A stretch of DNA of 64,000 nt from Trichoplax adhaerens (GCF_000150275.1 NW_002060945.1:3185172-3249171), one strand, 5' to 3'. Counted from the stretch's first letter, positions 14,101 through 28,748 are shown. Program-made: numbers and translations. The notes: a model not told the origin generated them from the sequence alone.

Positions 14101-17100
14101 CTAAATATAGTCAATCTTCTACCGACACCACTACTAGTAGCTGCAGATGCGTGTATTTTTGATTTACCACGGGCCTAAGATTTAAATCATATTCTTTTCG
14201 ATAAACCAAAGTAGCAATGAAACCTTAATTCAATAACGTAGCTACTCACCAACATAGATCGCTCCGGATCATCTCGATCTGAGTGGTATCCAACTTCATC
14301 TCGGACAATGCTGTTTATTTCCGAGAATGAATATACATTGTATATGGTATAATTATAATTCATATATGAAATTTATAATCGCTGAAGCATAAAGTTTAAT
14401 CGCACATGAACTTATATATATCGATGTTCTTCAATTTTAAAAAGCAAATAGGATTGTACGAATCTTAATCAACTTATTTTTGATTAAATGCAATTGTTAC
14501 GAAATAAACTACGTACTACAGAGTGTAAGTGTAAGATATTTAGATGATTGCAGGGCCATTAAGGTAATACTTTGCACATTCTTTCGAATGTGGATATGAC
14601 TTAAACTACCAATCATCCATGCAGTACAACTGTAACAACCAAAAATAAGAAACTAGATCGGATAGTTTATATAAATCGACGAATAGGTTTACAGGACTGT
14701 AATTATCAATCGAGAGAAATAAGGATTTTCATATCTCTACATGAATAAAATGAAACTCAATTATAAGCGAACCTTCCTCTGGGATATCTGGTAAACTTGT
14801 CGAAAGAAGGTTGTCTATTTATCAAAATAATAATAGATAGAGTTATGCAATTCTTAAAATTCTAAGTCTCCATAAGTGGTTTCACCAACACTACAGTAAT
14901 AATAAGTATAGTAATATAACAATTAATAGAATTTTGTTGTAACTTTTTGATACTACATAATTGTTCGATAGGTAATATATTGTGGTATTTAATATGTATG
15001 ATAGTAGCTGTAATATTTTAATTACCCTTTAGCTGCTCGTTTTAATTCCGCTTCCATAGTAATATTTTTCTTTTTCATAGGTCGCCTAAAATTGTCAATA
15101 CTGTATTTAGCAATGTTAGATGGTATTAATTACAAAAATTTACACAATAACGCTATAATAAAGTATATAGTAGAGATGAGTAATGACGAAAAACTATCTC
15201 GCGGCTAAATTTTGAAGTTATAATGGGTATGGTAAATACTATGAAAACAATAAGGACCGTAAAGCTAAAACATTTGGTACAAATACAGTATTTAGGAATA
15301 AATCTGTAATTATTACATTTTACATATTCTAACTGACCCTTTCATCTGCTGCAACCTAGGGGGTAAAGTCAATTTCTCTGAATAGTTGAAAACACCAGAT
15401 ATAAGTGCCAGGATATATATAATATCGTGATAAGCCAGTTGTAATAATTATAACTTTTATGAATCAGATTAATGATATGTTATCAATTTACGACATAAAA
15501 TCAAATTTTACGTGGATTGTTGACTTTAGTACCTACCGTCATCCCACTCATTGTAAAATTCTGTTGCGCTAGCCTCTCGCAGATCTTCTGTTGATTTTGC
15601 GATTCGTTTCAATGAATGCATGTTATCAGAAAGTCTGTCACCAAGAAAATTCGCTCCAGTGTCAGAGCTAGCACCACCCCCGTTTATATCTTCTGATACC
15701 GCATGTATGTCAAAATCGTAATCAAATTCATCGTCGTCATTAGAAGGTAATGGTTGATCCAGTCGAATGTTTAAACCAACTTCGTTATCGTAATCGCTCT
15801 CAAAATCTAACTCGCTGGGATTTTCTAAACATCATAGAAGCAATTTTTCAATGTATGGATTATTACAATAGTGTTAAATAGCATCAATAATTAAATCTAT
15901 TTTAAAATGAATTTCATGAATACAATGAGATACTAATCAAAGTTTATAATTTTATATGAATTTGAATAAGAATGGCCTATCGATATTTGATTCGCTTTTT
16001 GCCATACGCATAGATTTCGAAAACTATAAAAATGGTTTAGAATCAAAGGATATACCGCTGACATCGCTTTTAATAATTATTACCTTGTTTTCCTTTACCG
16101 CCACCATTTAAGATGTTGACCCAAGTATGCCGCCTATTGCCCCTTTTTGATTTATATTTTTCGATTTCAGCAGCGTTAACTCTATCGTCATCGGATAGCT
16201 CATGTTCGTCTCGATTTAAATTTTGTAAGTGCGAGCCACCTCCGAATAGCCATCTTACAAATCCTTTGGAGGTATCCTATGTAATTGCATTTAGCTATAT
16301 TAATACATTGTATATACCATAGACATAGTTTTAAAGAAGATATGCAGCAAAAGTAAGGTGACATTATCATCAGCATGAAGGAAGATAGCTTCATTTCTGA
16401 TTATTAGTTGCTTTACAGAAAGTATCAAATAATGTTGACGCCATCACTGCAACGTTTATATTATATACGATACCATGTGTATATAGATTATATACAGTAG
16501 TTATTTTCCCTATTTTATGAATTGTTACGATGCTCAGAAGTTGGGCAATAATTTATTTATTTGTCACTGATATTCAACACTAAATTAATCGATGCGGAGT
16601 AGAAAATATCATTACTGTCACAAGATTTACTCTAGCATACTTTACTTACTTTCACACTACCATAATTATTGTTGTTGTAGCTGCTACCATGAAAGTAGTT
16701 TACTCTCATATCGTCTTTTCCTTTATGATCGAAGTTGGAGCTTTGAATATATGCCTTAAATGTGTTCAAAACCCGATCTAATATTACGGTATCCATCGCA
16801 GCAACCATAATTTGGGCAGAAAATTATATAAATGATAATTTTATAAGATTATTCACATAAAGATGTCGTATAAAACAAAAATCATTAACGATAGTAGGTG
16901 TATAAACAGTTGCGTTTCGTAAATACAGGTTAACATTAATTTCACATCCGCTTATGTAATGTATTACAACTTTAATTTGAATTTAGAAAATATTTTTAAG
17001 TTATGGTAGTATTTTATGTTATAATAAATATTTGACTGTAAGAAAAGGTTAGACTTTACATTATTCCAACGATACTATTAAAATCGTTTGAAGTAAATAA

Positions 17101-20100
17101 ATCATAATATTTTACCAATTGCTGATGACTGAGGTGTTATTGATTGAATCGTGATATGGTCTATACCAAATCCTCTCTCGCGCAGACTGTTCTTAAATTG
17201 CCGGAGTAGCGCATTATCAGCGTAAATCTTTTCTAGAGGCTATAACATTGTTATATAAAAATAGTATATTTTGTATTAAGAGCACAAATATTAATTGGCC
17301 AAAGTATAAAGCATTATATGTAACTATGATCGAATACATAAAGAGAGGAATTGAATATTTTCCACTACAATGCAATAAGATTTGCAATAACAGTTACAAG
17401 ATTTAAATTATAAATTATTCAGACACCAACTTTAGTTGTAGTTTCGATGGATTAATTCTGCTGATAATGTACGAATAATAGTGGGGTAATAATTAAGTAA
17501 TATGATTGCAAAAACATTGCATAAGTGAAACTTTAAATAGGCCCGAAAGAGTAAGAGTATATTAACTCGAAGCTACATTATTTATTATTAGTGCAAGAAT
17601 GGTACATCAAGAATTGATGATTGTTAAAGTAAGGCACATTTAGAGATTAGTAAATTTTAATGCAATACGTTTATTTATAGGATTAGGGGCATTGTATTTT
17701 CTGTACTTTTATCAACTTTAAAGCCTCTTCCAATTTTCCATTTTGACCGTATTATGCAAGAATATTTTCTTATGATATGATAATAGCACACAAAGTGAGT
17801 TAAAATGTGTGCATAGTGAATCAAATTCAACTATACTTCTTTCACTTATTGTATTAATTTATTAACGGATTAATTATATAATAATTATTCACGATAAGAA
17901 AATCAGCAAACGCTTAAGAATTCAAATAGCTATCAAGTCATTGATCATAGAGATAATATGAAAACATAAAAATCAAGGATTATTTATAACAGCATATATC
18001 ATTAATAATCAACAAATCGATATTAAACGACTTTGAATTTTACCTCATCTGCTGCAAAGTCTTGTAGTTGTTGGATTTTCTTAATATCTTCATCTACACA
18101 GTTATAAATGAGAATTATAAATGAGCGAAAATACTGTAGTAGATAGATTTACATGATATATTTAATTATACGGCATTGTTACTGATTTCACAGTATCGCA
18201 AAGTTTTCTATATATACTTAATCACGATCATTTTCTGTAATTTAACACATAAAATACGTCAACCGAGAATTGCTAAAGCTATTGTTAATTCATAATGTAT
18301 TCCAAGTGCGAATATGCTATAATATATACCAATAAGTACGAGTAATCTTTTCGTATTCTTTTACCTATTTACCTTAACTTTATAACTTTATAAGATAGAT
18401 AAGATATATTATGTAGGTTATCAATATGTAAATTGATCTTGTAAATTAAATCTTTCAGACTGTATGCATTCTTTTATATTCTCGACACAACTAAGCCTAA
18501 AATCTCAATTACATCCACGTCATTCCATATAAAAGTCAAATAAAATATCTTATCATTTTTTACAGATATAGTTATTGTTACGTGTAGCACAGATTTATAT
18601 GTTTTTCGTTGACGTGGTCTACTTACTCGGACTGAAATCAGTCTTTGCTTTCTGTCTTGTGATCATGGCTAATCCATTAATTAGAACTTTTGCGTAAGAT
18701 TCAAGTAAATATATTCCGATGCAATCATTATCATCGTCGACGATATTACTAAAAGATCCGCAAGATATCCACACGTACGTATGTGTATATATAAATATTC
18801 ATATTGAATAAAGAATTGATATCAGTCAAGAATTTTGATAACATGTATATGCAACTTTAAACATATTAGATAATATTATCATTATAAACATTAGTATCAA
18901 ACGTTTCTTCAAAAATTAGCATATTATAATTATAATCGGTGAAACTATTAGAATTGCACACATATGTATCGAAGTCGTAATTTAAATTTCTGATCATAGC
19001 CATTATTAAATAACTTTAAAGTGAAGAAATTTCTGATATAGTATATATTAATAGTAATAATGTGTATCTAACGATTAACTATAAGGATTAATGCTCAATT
19101 TACCGCTGCATATAGTTTTCGATCGACCGATGGCCGTATTTCTTAGCAACATCAATAACCAGTTCATTACGCTTATTTTTAACCATTAGTCCCCGCTGAG
19201 CATCACTTGCTTGCAGAAGGAATTTTAGTGTTTGAAGTAAGCCAAAACGAGTAGCAAAGTGCAATATAGTATCTTGATTTACTAATTTAGAAATGCGTGC
19301 AACAAAAATGATAAATTATATTTGTCAAGGCCATAATACTTTTCAATCGATCTTTAAATTTCTGATGACAAGCAATCGTTATTGTATGCGCATTAGTTAA
19401 TAACATGATCAATTAGTACAAATATATCACCTATGAACACTTTGCCATCGGAATTGTGACGTAAAAGGGACCAATTTCTTGGTAAAATATTGGTTAATTT
19501 TAGTCCTGTGGCTAATCTATTATCTAATTCAGCAATATCTACATCTCTTAATCCAATTGATTCCGGCGATAGTGCTGCTAAAAATTCTGCTGCCTCATCA
19601 TTTATTGTACTGAATAAAAGAAATTCAGCAACATATTGGCCTTGATCTTGACGATATTCGAATTGACTTGTTGCCAATGGATGTATACCATCTTCAGCTC
19701 GGACAATTAGGGAGACTTGAACTACTTCTGGAACATCGTGATCTTTATAATAAAGGCATATTAAGTTGTTGTAAAATAACAAGTGTAGGAGGCTTATAAT
19801 TTATTGCACAAAAAGCATACGATAATAGCGATGGTTCAGGTACAGTACAATATAAATACGATCATTACATTTCGTAGTAAATTTACCTTTGCTATAATTA
19901 GCTATAGCTATTACATCATTATCTTTATTTACTTAGATTACTATATTCGATTATTACCTGGGATAGGAATGCGCAGCCTGTTGCCATCAATTCGCTGAAC
20001 TGATGTAATGTGGCGTAAACTGCTACCTTCGAAGACGAAATATAATTCTTTGTTATTTAGTTGGACATCGCCAGAAACAGTAACCGTGATGCATTGACAG

Positions 20101-20108
20101 TAACTATT
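5115..20108 (-). CDS. Lbc-family Rho GEF (AKAP13/ARHGEF28/ARHGEF18/ARHGEF2-like), multi-exon; first coding exon not securely located
   Basis: Spliced translation gives the AKAP13/ARHGEF28-type N-terminus (ELYFVFEGSSLRHITSVQRIDG|DHDVPEVVQVSL, ~19440-20108), an ankyrin-like segment (DTILHFATRFGL, ~19104-19283), a C1 zinc finger (HQF..CEYCKK..MCI|ACRTVVH..C..C, ~13600-13965), a DH domain (EVKRQDVIF|EFIKTEKNHLRTLKI, LVTQRLTKYPILI), a PH domain (DVQALLLTNLIVLLQEKDQKF, PQMYEL, WIQQINNAV) and a coiled-coil last exon ending SEMIFF* at 5115. Confidence 0.9.
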
Positions 20109-21390
20109 CTGTTATCCATACAGAATAGCAGCGATTCGATTGAGAAAAATGCCACAGGAACCATCGAAGGACATTACATATTTTCATTTAAAATTACATA
20201 AGAAAGCAGTTAAATCTTAATTGTTATGTATGCCTGTAGGTAATATAATTATGAAATGTCAATGTACATATCACAATCACGTTGAATTAATCTTTAAACA
20301 GCACTACAGTAATTGATTATTACTCTGTAGGGTTATTTCTCACATTAGCTTTTCCATCAAAATTCAAAAATATTATCATACATTATTGCAAATTTTAAAG
20401 TCTATGATAATTCTTCGAGTTTTATAAAGCGATAGCCTGTACTATAAAGGAGTAAACATAGTCATCTTTTTACTGATTGTAGAATATACATCATTAAATT
20501 GGCCATGTTTCAAAATTACTTGATATTCTCAGAACGATTAGTCAAATATTCGCAGTATTTGTCAATATTTGATATGGGGATATTATTAAAAGTTTCAACG
20601 TCCTTCAGTGAAAGATCTTGGATATCAATTACTTTACACTGAAGAATGATCAAAATTGCCTGACCGAGCACTATCTTTCTCAGCTTCTGTAAAATGCCCA
20701 TGCCAGTGAAAAGAGGAACACCTTGGTGATAATTACGATGTCAGCGTTAATACGCCATACTCGCATGCGAATCAGCAGATTATTGTCAGAAATTTAGGTA
20801 TATTGGAAGATTCATGATATAAGTCACTTTGTAGCTGTCATGCAGCCCTGCAAAAATAGCTTAATAGATTGTAGGAAGTCGTTAAGTGATATGTAAAATT
20901 GTAAGATTGACACTGTATGTACGAGATTATAGATTAGCTGGAATCTTAAGATTGTCTTGTGCGCATATCCGTGATAAAAAGTTCCAGTAAATATTATAGC
21001 TTTGGTTAGGAATGTTATTTCAAGATGGTTGGATACTAGAGATAATGGGAGTAATTTAATTTGATGCTCGATTAATCAGAAATTATAGATCCAGTTGAAT
21101 TATAATGTATGTAAGCAGGAGATCTCATCTTCCTGAATGCTCGTAACTTCTCTCAGCTGCTGTAAATTTCTTATCCCAGTGAAAAGAAAAATGCTATCGC
21201 TCTACCCAAGGGTAATTATGATACCAGCGTTGGATTGAGACAGCAAGTGATTTTGGATTTCAATCACTGCTTGGTCTTTGACGGTTTTACCACTCCTATT
21301 CCAATAGATTGTTGCCAAAAACTGCAATATGCTGTAACAGAACATCTACAACATAAATTACTTTGTAGTCTACCCTAAACAAATGATTAA

Positions 21391-22621
21391 AATTACCTAA
21401 CTGAATATTTTTTTTCTAGCTGCTGTAAAACTTCCTGTGCCAGTGAAAAAGAAATGCTCCAGGGATAACTACGATATTGATGAATTTTAGAGTGAGGCTG
21501 CAACAGGTCAGGTCTCGATTTGATCGTACTGTTGAAGCTCCGTGGTTCACCTATGACCAATGACGAGGTGAAGTTGGACAGCTCAATCTCAATTCCGTAT
21601 CTTTACCCTTATGATCACCATAGTCCAGCACATTTAACAATAACTAATAGGGGGTAAGTACTGCTGTAAATTTCTTATCCCAGTGGAAAAAAAAATGCTA
21701 TAGCTCTACCCAATTACCTAACTGAATATTTTTTCTAGCTGCTGTAAAACTTCCTGTGCCAGTGAAATGCTTCAGTGATAACTACGATATTGATGAATTT
21801 TAGAGTGAGGCTGCAACAGGTCAGGTCTCCATTTGATCGTACTGTTGAAGCTCCGTGGTTCACCTATGACCAATGACGGGGTGAAGTTGGACAGCTCAAT
21901 CTCAATTCCGTATCTTTACCCTTATGATCACCATAGTCCAGCACATTTAACAATAACTAATAGGTGGTAAGTACTGCTGTAAATTTCTTATCCCAGTGGA
22001 AAAAAAAATGCTATAGCTCTACCCAATTACCTAACTGGATATTTTTTCTAGCTGCTGTAAAACTTCCTGTGCCAGTGAAATGCTTCAGTGATAACTACGA
22101 TATTGATGAATTTTAGAGTGAGGCTGCAACAGGTCAGGTCTCCATTTGATCGTACTGTTGAAGCTCCGTGGTTCACCTATGACCAATGACGGGGTGAAGT
22201 TGGACAGCTCAATCTCAATTCCGTATCTTTACCCTTATGATCACCATAGTCCAGCACATTTAACAATAACTAGTAGGTGGTAAGTACTGCTGTAAATTTC
22301 TCATCCCAGTGGAAAGAAAAATGCTATAGCTCTACCTAGACCTGGCCTCTACCCAATTACCTAACTGAATATTTTTTTCTAGCTGCTGTAAAACTTCCTG
22401 CGCCAGTGAAATGCTTCAGTGATAACTACGATATTGATGAATTTTAGAGTGAGGCTGCAACAGGTCAGGTCTCCATTTGATCGTACCGTTGAAGCTCCGT
22501 GGTTCACCTATGACCAATGACGGGGTGAAGTTGGACAGCTCAACCTCAATTCTGTATCTTCACCCTTATTATTGTCACCATAGCCCAGCACATTTAACAA
22601 TAACTAGTAGGTGGTAAGTAC
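21391..22621. repeat. Tandem array of ~313-330 bp units, ~3.9 near-identical copies
   Basis: Unit start aattacctaactg at 21391, 21712, 22025 and 22355. Each unit holds two related sub-repeats (ctgctgtaaaacttcctgtgccagtg / ctgctgtaaatttcttatcccagtg); older diverged copies lie at ~20680-20745 and ~21155-21230. Confidence 0.97.
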
Positions 22622-22713
22622 AGCGTACGGGTCACAGTACAGGTAACGTCAACCTCAAGTCGCCGACTTTATCAGCACGATCAGTTCAATTTCACGGATG
22701 ACTGCTGCTAGGG

Positions 22714-22742
22714 TGATTCGGCAAGTGTGTCTTGCCGAATCA
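22714..22742. other. Perfect 12-bp stem hairpin (tgattcggcaag-tgtgt-cttgccgaatca)
   Basis: Read directly; lies in a GC-richer island just beyond the tandem array. Confidence 0.85.
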
Positions 22743-25700
22743 AACCGTTAGCTATTAGCTTTGATTAAATGTAGAACGCCATTTTTTTTTTCCCCTTTCG
22801 TTGCAATTTATAGTTAATAAAGGATAGCCTTACTGTAGTTTAAGGCCTTTGTTGGTAAAGAAAGATGTGTCAAAATGAAAAGTTGTTCAACCACGCTTTA
22901 CTGTAATATAGGTAGATCGAAAATCCAATTAGGGCAAGTATCGGGCTTGTGTTGTGTTTACCGTGGATCGTGATTTTACTACTCTCGTAAATTTGCAGCG
23001 TATTGAATTACAAGGCATTTAATCAATATTCGTAAAACTAGCTAGCACATTGTCCAGCTGTTTAGTGATATAGTAGACCTAGACGGAATGATAAACGAAG
23101 TTATTCGCAATGTGGAAACTTTCTAGGCTTTCTAGATGTCTATAATAATTCTTTTGTGGCCGTATGATCATACTGACTAGGACACGGACGCCCAGTACTG
23201 TAATAGGCAGTATCTACTTTTAATCCAACTTGTGTAAGCATTACTGATGAATAAAATCGGAAATGATCCTCAGTTCAAGTTGTTACATTGGTTGAACTGA
23301 TTCATGAATTGCTTAGCCATGATTATGAAAGGACAGGATGGTTTCAAAAATTTCATCAAAGCGTATCATAGTCAGTAGAGAAATTTTGAATTAGACTGTG
23401 CAACCAACGATCATCCAAAAAATAGGATTACCTTTATAAACCTTTTGAATTAAGTAATTATCTACTATAACCAACAGTACTAGAGTCCCAAGTGCAAATC
23501 GAATTAGATGTTTATAAATTACTCATGATAGAATCCAGTTAATTAAAACATGGGAAAAAGTTTTTGAACAACATGACGATGAAGAATATTACGGAATATA
23601 AACATCGATACCGTTACAAAAGTAACAGGTGGCCAATTTTAAATAGTCAAGCATCTAGTAATGATTTATTGAGGGCTGCGACATACGCTGGACGCGTAAA
23701 ACATACTTGAATTAGGAAGTGGTATCAATTTATTTCAGATGTAACCTAATCACTTCTATTACGTATACGGATGTTATGCTTTATATCGTGCTTATTAATA
23801 AAAATCATGAAATCATAATCATCTTAGCATAATGTTAAAGAGCAAATTGTCGTTCTTAAGAATAAGGCCTGCGTAGAATCGTAAAACTAAATCTTTTCTC
23901 GGAAGATCCTCTTTTACGCTAAACTGCCTATCAGTTTTCTCCGTTAATTGCAACCAACATCGAAACTTTCACGAGAGATGGTTTAAGATAACATGTCACC
24001 GGAATGTTTATAATTATGTACATAAAATATTGACCTTAATCTGCTTTTAATAATCGACAGCGCCTTAGTGTATGCGATTAAGATAATTTAGTGAAATAGA
24101 ACTGCTGAAAAGAGCCAGCGTTGCTCTTTCTACTATCCTAATACTGTACTTTCTTTATGAATAACTGCAAGATTTGTTTATTCTAGTATATTTTCTTTAC
24201 AGTTATTGCAAACTGCAGTACATCATTTCATCTTAGTATGGCAGAAAATATGGCGGTTTTGCTAGTCAGACGCTGTCTGTGATCATACAAAAGGGGTTAA
24301 CCTTTTTTCTCAAGCACAAGCATCTAAAAATTGATTTAGTAATGAAATAGACATAATGTTATTGGCTTTATAAAATTGGCAGTATTCTTAACTGAGTGCA
24401 GAAAAATTAACCGGAGAAGGAGTATTGATCAAAGAGGTAAAAAAAAAATGTAAGCTTGTAATTTGTTATGTTACATCGTTAACTTTTACAGTACAACTGT
24501 AATTACTTGACGAAAGCAGTGAGATGAGTAATTATGTTTGCATACATGGTTATACAAAACGCTATTCTTAAACAACAATGTCGACCGAAAAGCTTCTAGA
24601 GAATATGCTATTTACACGTAGAATGGACTATGAACCTTACCAAAGTTAATCCTTCTTGAGGTGAAATCTCCATTGGGCCATAGCATTAAAACATCGATTC
24701 ATGTATAGGTAAATTAAATCACTAACTCGCTAGTATAACGCTTTCTTATTACGGAAAATAGAAGAGCACTACGACTCCATGATATCTCTAATTATAACTT
24801 TCTACAAGGAAAATATAATTAGGAGACGAAGGATAATTTATACTGTCTGAAGTAATGATATGTTATATGGAAATCTTCAGTGTACCATGTCTTGCATCCC
24901 GCTGTTTATACTAAATAGAACCAATTTGGCTAACAGGCTGATTATATATTCTAAACCAGCTTGCTCAGTATAATTAAAACAGGGCAAATCGAATTGCCAA
25001 CTATAGACAAGTATATTGGCGTTGTCTGAATGTCATTAATAAAAAACAGTTAGTTGAGAGTTGATATTTTTTTGTATTTAATCACAGTAATTTGCAATCA
25101 ACAACAATTAACGTTTCTATTTGATTGACAATAAAGTAATTATTGTCATGGTAATTAATTTATAGTTATATAATAAAATTGCAATGCCAGCTCTGACATA
25201 GCAATGCCATGGATTGTTCTAGCCGTTGAGTCATAAACAAGCTTGATATAGGATCAACAGACATAACACTGAATTAGTAAACTAGGAGAGTGATAAGAAT
25301 TAGCCAGCATTTAGCGTGGTAGGTGTTAAGTCTTGTTTTCATCTAACTAGATTAGATTATAATTGTTTTAGTATTTAAGAAAATTAACAATATATTCAAG
25401 GTTATGGTACATATAGAATGTCTTTCTAGCAGGCAAATGATAGTCTTTAATAAATATAAATAAAAATAGCATTTCTTAGCTTCTTGGATAAACTATTGCA
25501 TGTTACGGAAATATTTATGGCAATATGGTGGATATCGGATGAGTCAGTCATTCATACTAAATACTTAACCATCGTATCATGAATACATAGGAATATTGTT
25601 TTTTAGTGATTGTTAAATGTCTCGATAGTGTCTACCTTAAAATTGAGTAGTAGCGTTCAGATTACATGAACATCTTCTTTGAAAGATAAATACCAGTTCA

Positions 25701-28700
25701 TTATCACGAACCTCTTTTGAAATCTGAATTGCCAGTATCTTGTCTATTTATTATCGTATACGAGTATCAAGGTTCCTAATCTACAGCTATCTTGCTAAAT
25801 GTTGCCACTTAGAACGAATGCACACATATATGACTAGCTATGAAACAGTATTAATGTACAGCATGAATTAAAATGATTGAGCAATTACTGTAATATGCAA
25901 TTAAATTGAAAATTTTAATGGTGATGTTAATGGCATCAGTGATTTCGGTGAGCATCTGTACTTTTCTAATTATTGCACACTAGCTGAATAAATAAAAACC
26001 AGGAATAACAACTTGACAATAGGTAGACGACAATGCTTATAATAGCACTCTGCTGCATTCCAGTATCTATTAATTACCAAAGCTGTAGTCCTAATAGCGT
26101 TAATTTTTATTACAGAAATTAAGGAGATTTGGGTTAATCTGATATTTTCCTGGAGTGGTTAATCTGCCGAGATATCATAAGCACAAATATCGTGCACAAG
26201 ACACGGATGGAACAAAAAATTTTATTTGTATTTCTCGGGACATTGGTTGTAAATTAACAGTATTTCGGTGCAACTAAGTTTATTAACTTACTTACTGTTA
26301 GAATTTAGCTAAGGGGAAGTCTTATACATTTGCCTGTATCTAGTACTACAAAAAGCTAAAAAAATTCGGGAAAATTATTATTATTAACATAATGTTCGAT
26401 GACATACAATAAACATGTAAACATTATGAACATTAGCTTGGGTATGCCGTCCGTATACGCATACTAGCCCTCTTGATTTTTTTCTGCATGCCGAGCAATC
26501 CTTGGTAAAAATTTGATAGCTTTTAAATTGCCTAGTGATTGTGCTTAAAATCAATTTTCAGATCACTTTTTTCTCCAAGTTTGTAAACTTTTATCCTTGA
26601 TCAAACAAAGCGTTCTCACATTAAACCAACATTTATTTGTTTATTACTACATTTGCATCATGGTATACTTTCAATAAGCTCATTACGATCTCACATGTTT
26701 TACTTCATTCTATTTAACTTATTTGACGGAACGTAGTCCAACAGCTTAAAATAATTACGATTAAACTACTAGGGTAAATGTTACTTGCCAAAAATACATA
26801 GTTGTAAAGTAGTATAAGGTTTAAATATGGTCAAGTCGTATCTATGAAGCAATTACACTATATACGGATCTATGAAAGTTCGTCTATAAAGAAATACGCG
26901 TATTATGTGTAAGCTCAAATGAAAAAAATCTAATTATTTATTTTCCTTAATTGAAAATTTTATTCTAAAACTACACGTACTCGAGCATAGCGCGAATAAA
27001 ATAAGATTACCTCGCGTTATACGGTACATTGGCCAAATTGCACACTAGTAAATCTGACTTTCTTATAATATATCTTCGAGTTAAGTTATATCCAAATCGC
27101 AAGTACTGACAAATTTCGAATATACAAATTGCTTTATCTCTTTCATATTATTGATTGATGCACGATGATAAGATATTTTTATTGATAAGAGTGTAGAAAA
27201 TTTTTTGGATGCTAAATCGATACATTTAAATTCCGTATGCTTGTATTAGAGTCATTTTAAAGGATCCGAATTACAACGTAAAATTTATTCGACAATTTCC
27301 CTGCTAAAACTCAAACGCAATATTCTATTTTACTCATCTTAACATCATTTATGTCATATAAACGATAAATTTACATAATTCAGCATACAGTCTGATTCCT
27401 TGTTGCAGACTGGAGATTATGCATGTCAAGAATGATAGTGTGACTCAATTTATGAGTATATGCGAACATTATATTGCATCAATCTATAATAATATGCGTC
27501 ATTAAGAATACTGCAACCGGTCATGCAACCAGAAGTTGATTTTTTGGTTGTCTATTATTTAGTGTAAACATAGTTAACCCAAAATGTAGTAAATATTGGA
27601 TTATTTGGCAGCAATGTCTCTAAGAAATGGAATTTATAAAATATTGAAACAGCTGTGGTACATCTATAATACAGTAGTAAGATTTGCGGAGGCAAGCTAT
27701 CTCGATGGATTATATTTGTATGATATTATCATAGCTCAGGATGCGAATTCTGCAATGGTACATATCATACAAGTGTTGATCTTGAGATCAGTATGATATT
27801 ACAAACGTTTTGATATGTATAGTATGGTAGAAAGAGACTTGTTGGCACTAACGTAACCGTATACTTCGGTCTATTACAATGAGTAAAGTATGTGTATAAA
27901 AACACACCAGTACTGTATGCGTACACTTTGTACAGTATACTACGCGAAGTTTAACGAGCGAGGGGTATACTAGTAAATAATTATTAATACGATTAATCTT
28001 ATTATAATATTATAGCATGCCATTTCTAGCGCAATAAATTAGGCCTCATAGGTTTAACTTTTGATACGAGAATGTCTGTAAGGAGAATACATTTTATTGA
28101 ACATACCTTTTATATTAATGAATGAAACACGACTAAAGAATAACAAGTTTGTCACTATTTGATAAATTCTTTCTAAACTTCTATGAATACCATATAAATC
28201 ATACAATGCCTTTACATAGATATTAAATTTCATTATAGTAAAAACAATCAATTTATAGGTAGATAGATAAGACATTACCAAGTAGTAACTAAGTATTAAA
28301 TTTCATCAATAATCTGTACCAAATCAGACATTTACACTTAGCGCTTTGTATTGTACAAGTACTATAAACTGGACAGGTCTACAGGATAATCTTTTTCAAA
28401 TATTCTGTCGAGACAGATATGCACAGACTTGAAAGAATATAAATCACTGGATATACTGACTACAATTCACAAGATTAATAGACTAATAATAGCAATTGAT
28501 CCTACAATCACTGCATTAAACGGTCACTGCAACCAGGGCAACCATTTTGAAATACACTCTATATACTGTAAAATGTACCTGGTTTCGTAATGTCATACCA
28601 GTTATATACAGGTTGCCATCAATAAACTAGATTTAAGTATGCTGTAACAGTGGTGACAATATAAAAAATATAATCAATGTCTGTGATATATAATTATGAT

Positions 28701-28748
28701 CATTGAATGACAATCCATGACAGGAATGATGATAATGGACAAAAGAAC

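Noticed and set aside
21391-22621. CRISPR-like repeat-spacer reading of the alternating ctgctgtaaa sub-repeats
   Set aside because: The intervening sequences are near-identical between units, so this is a plain tandem array.
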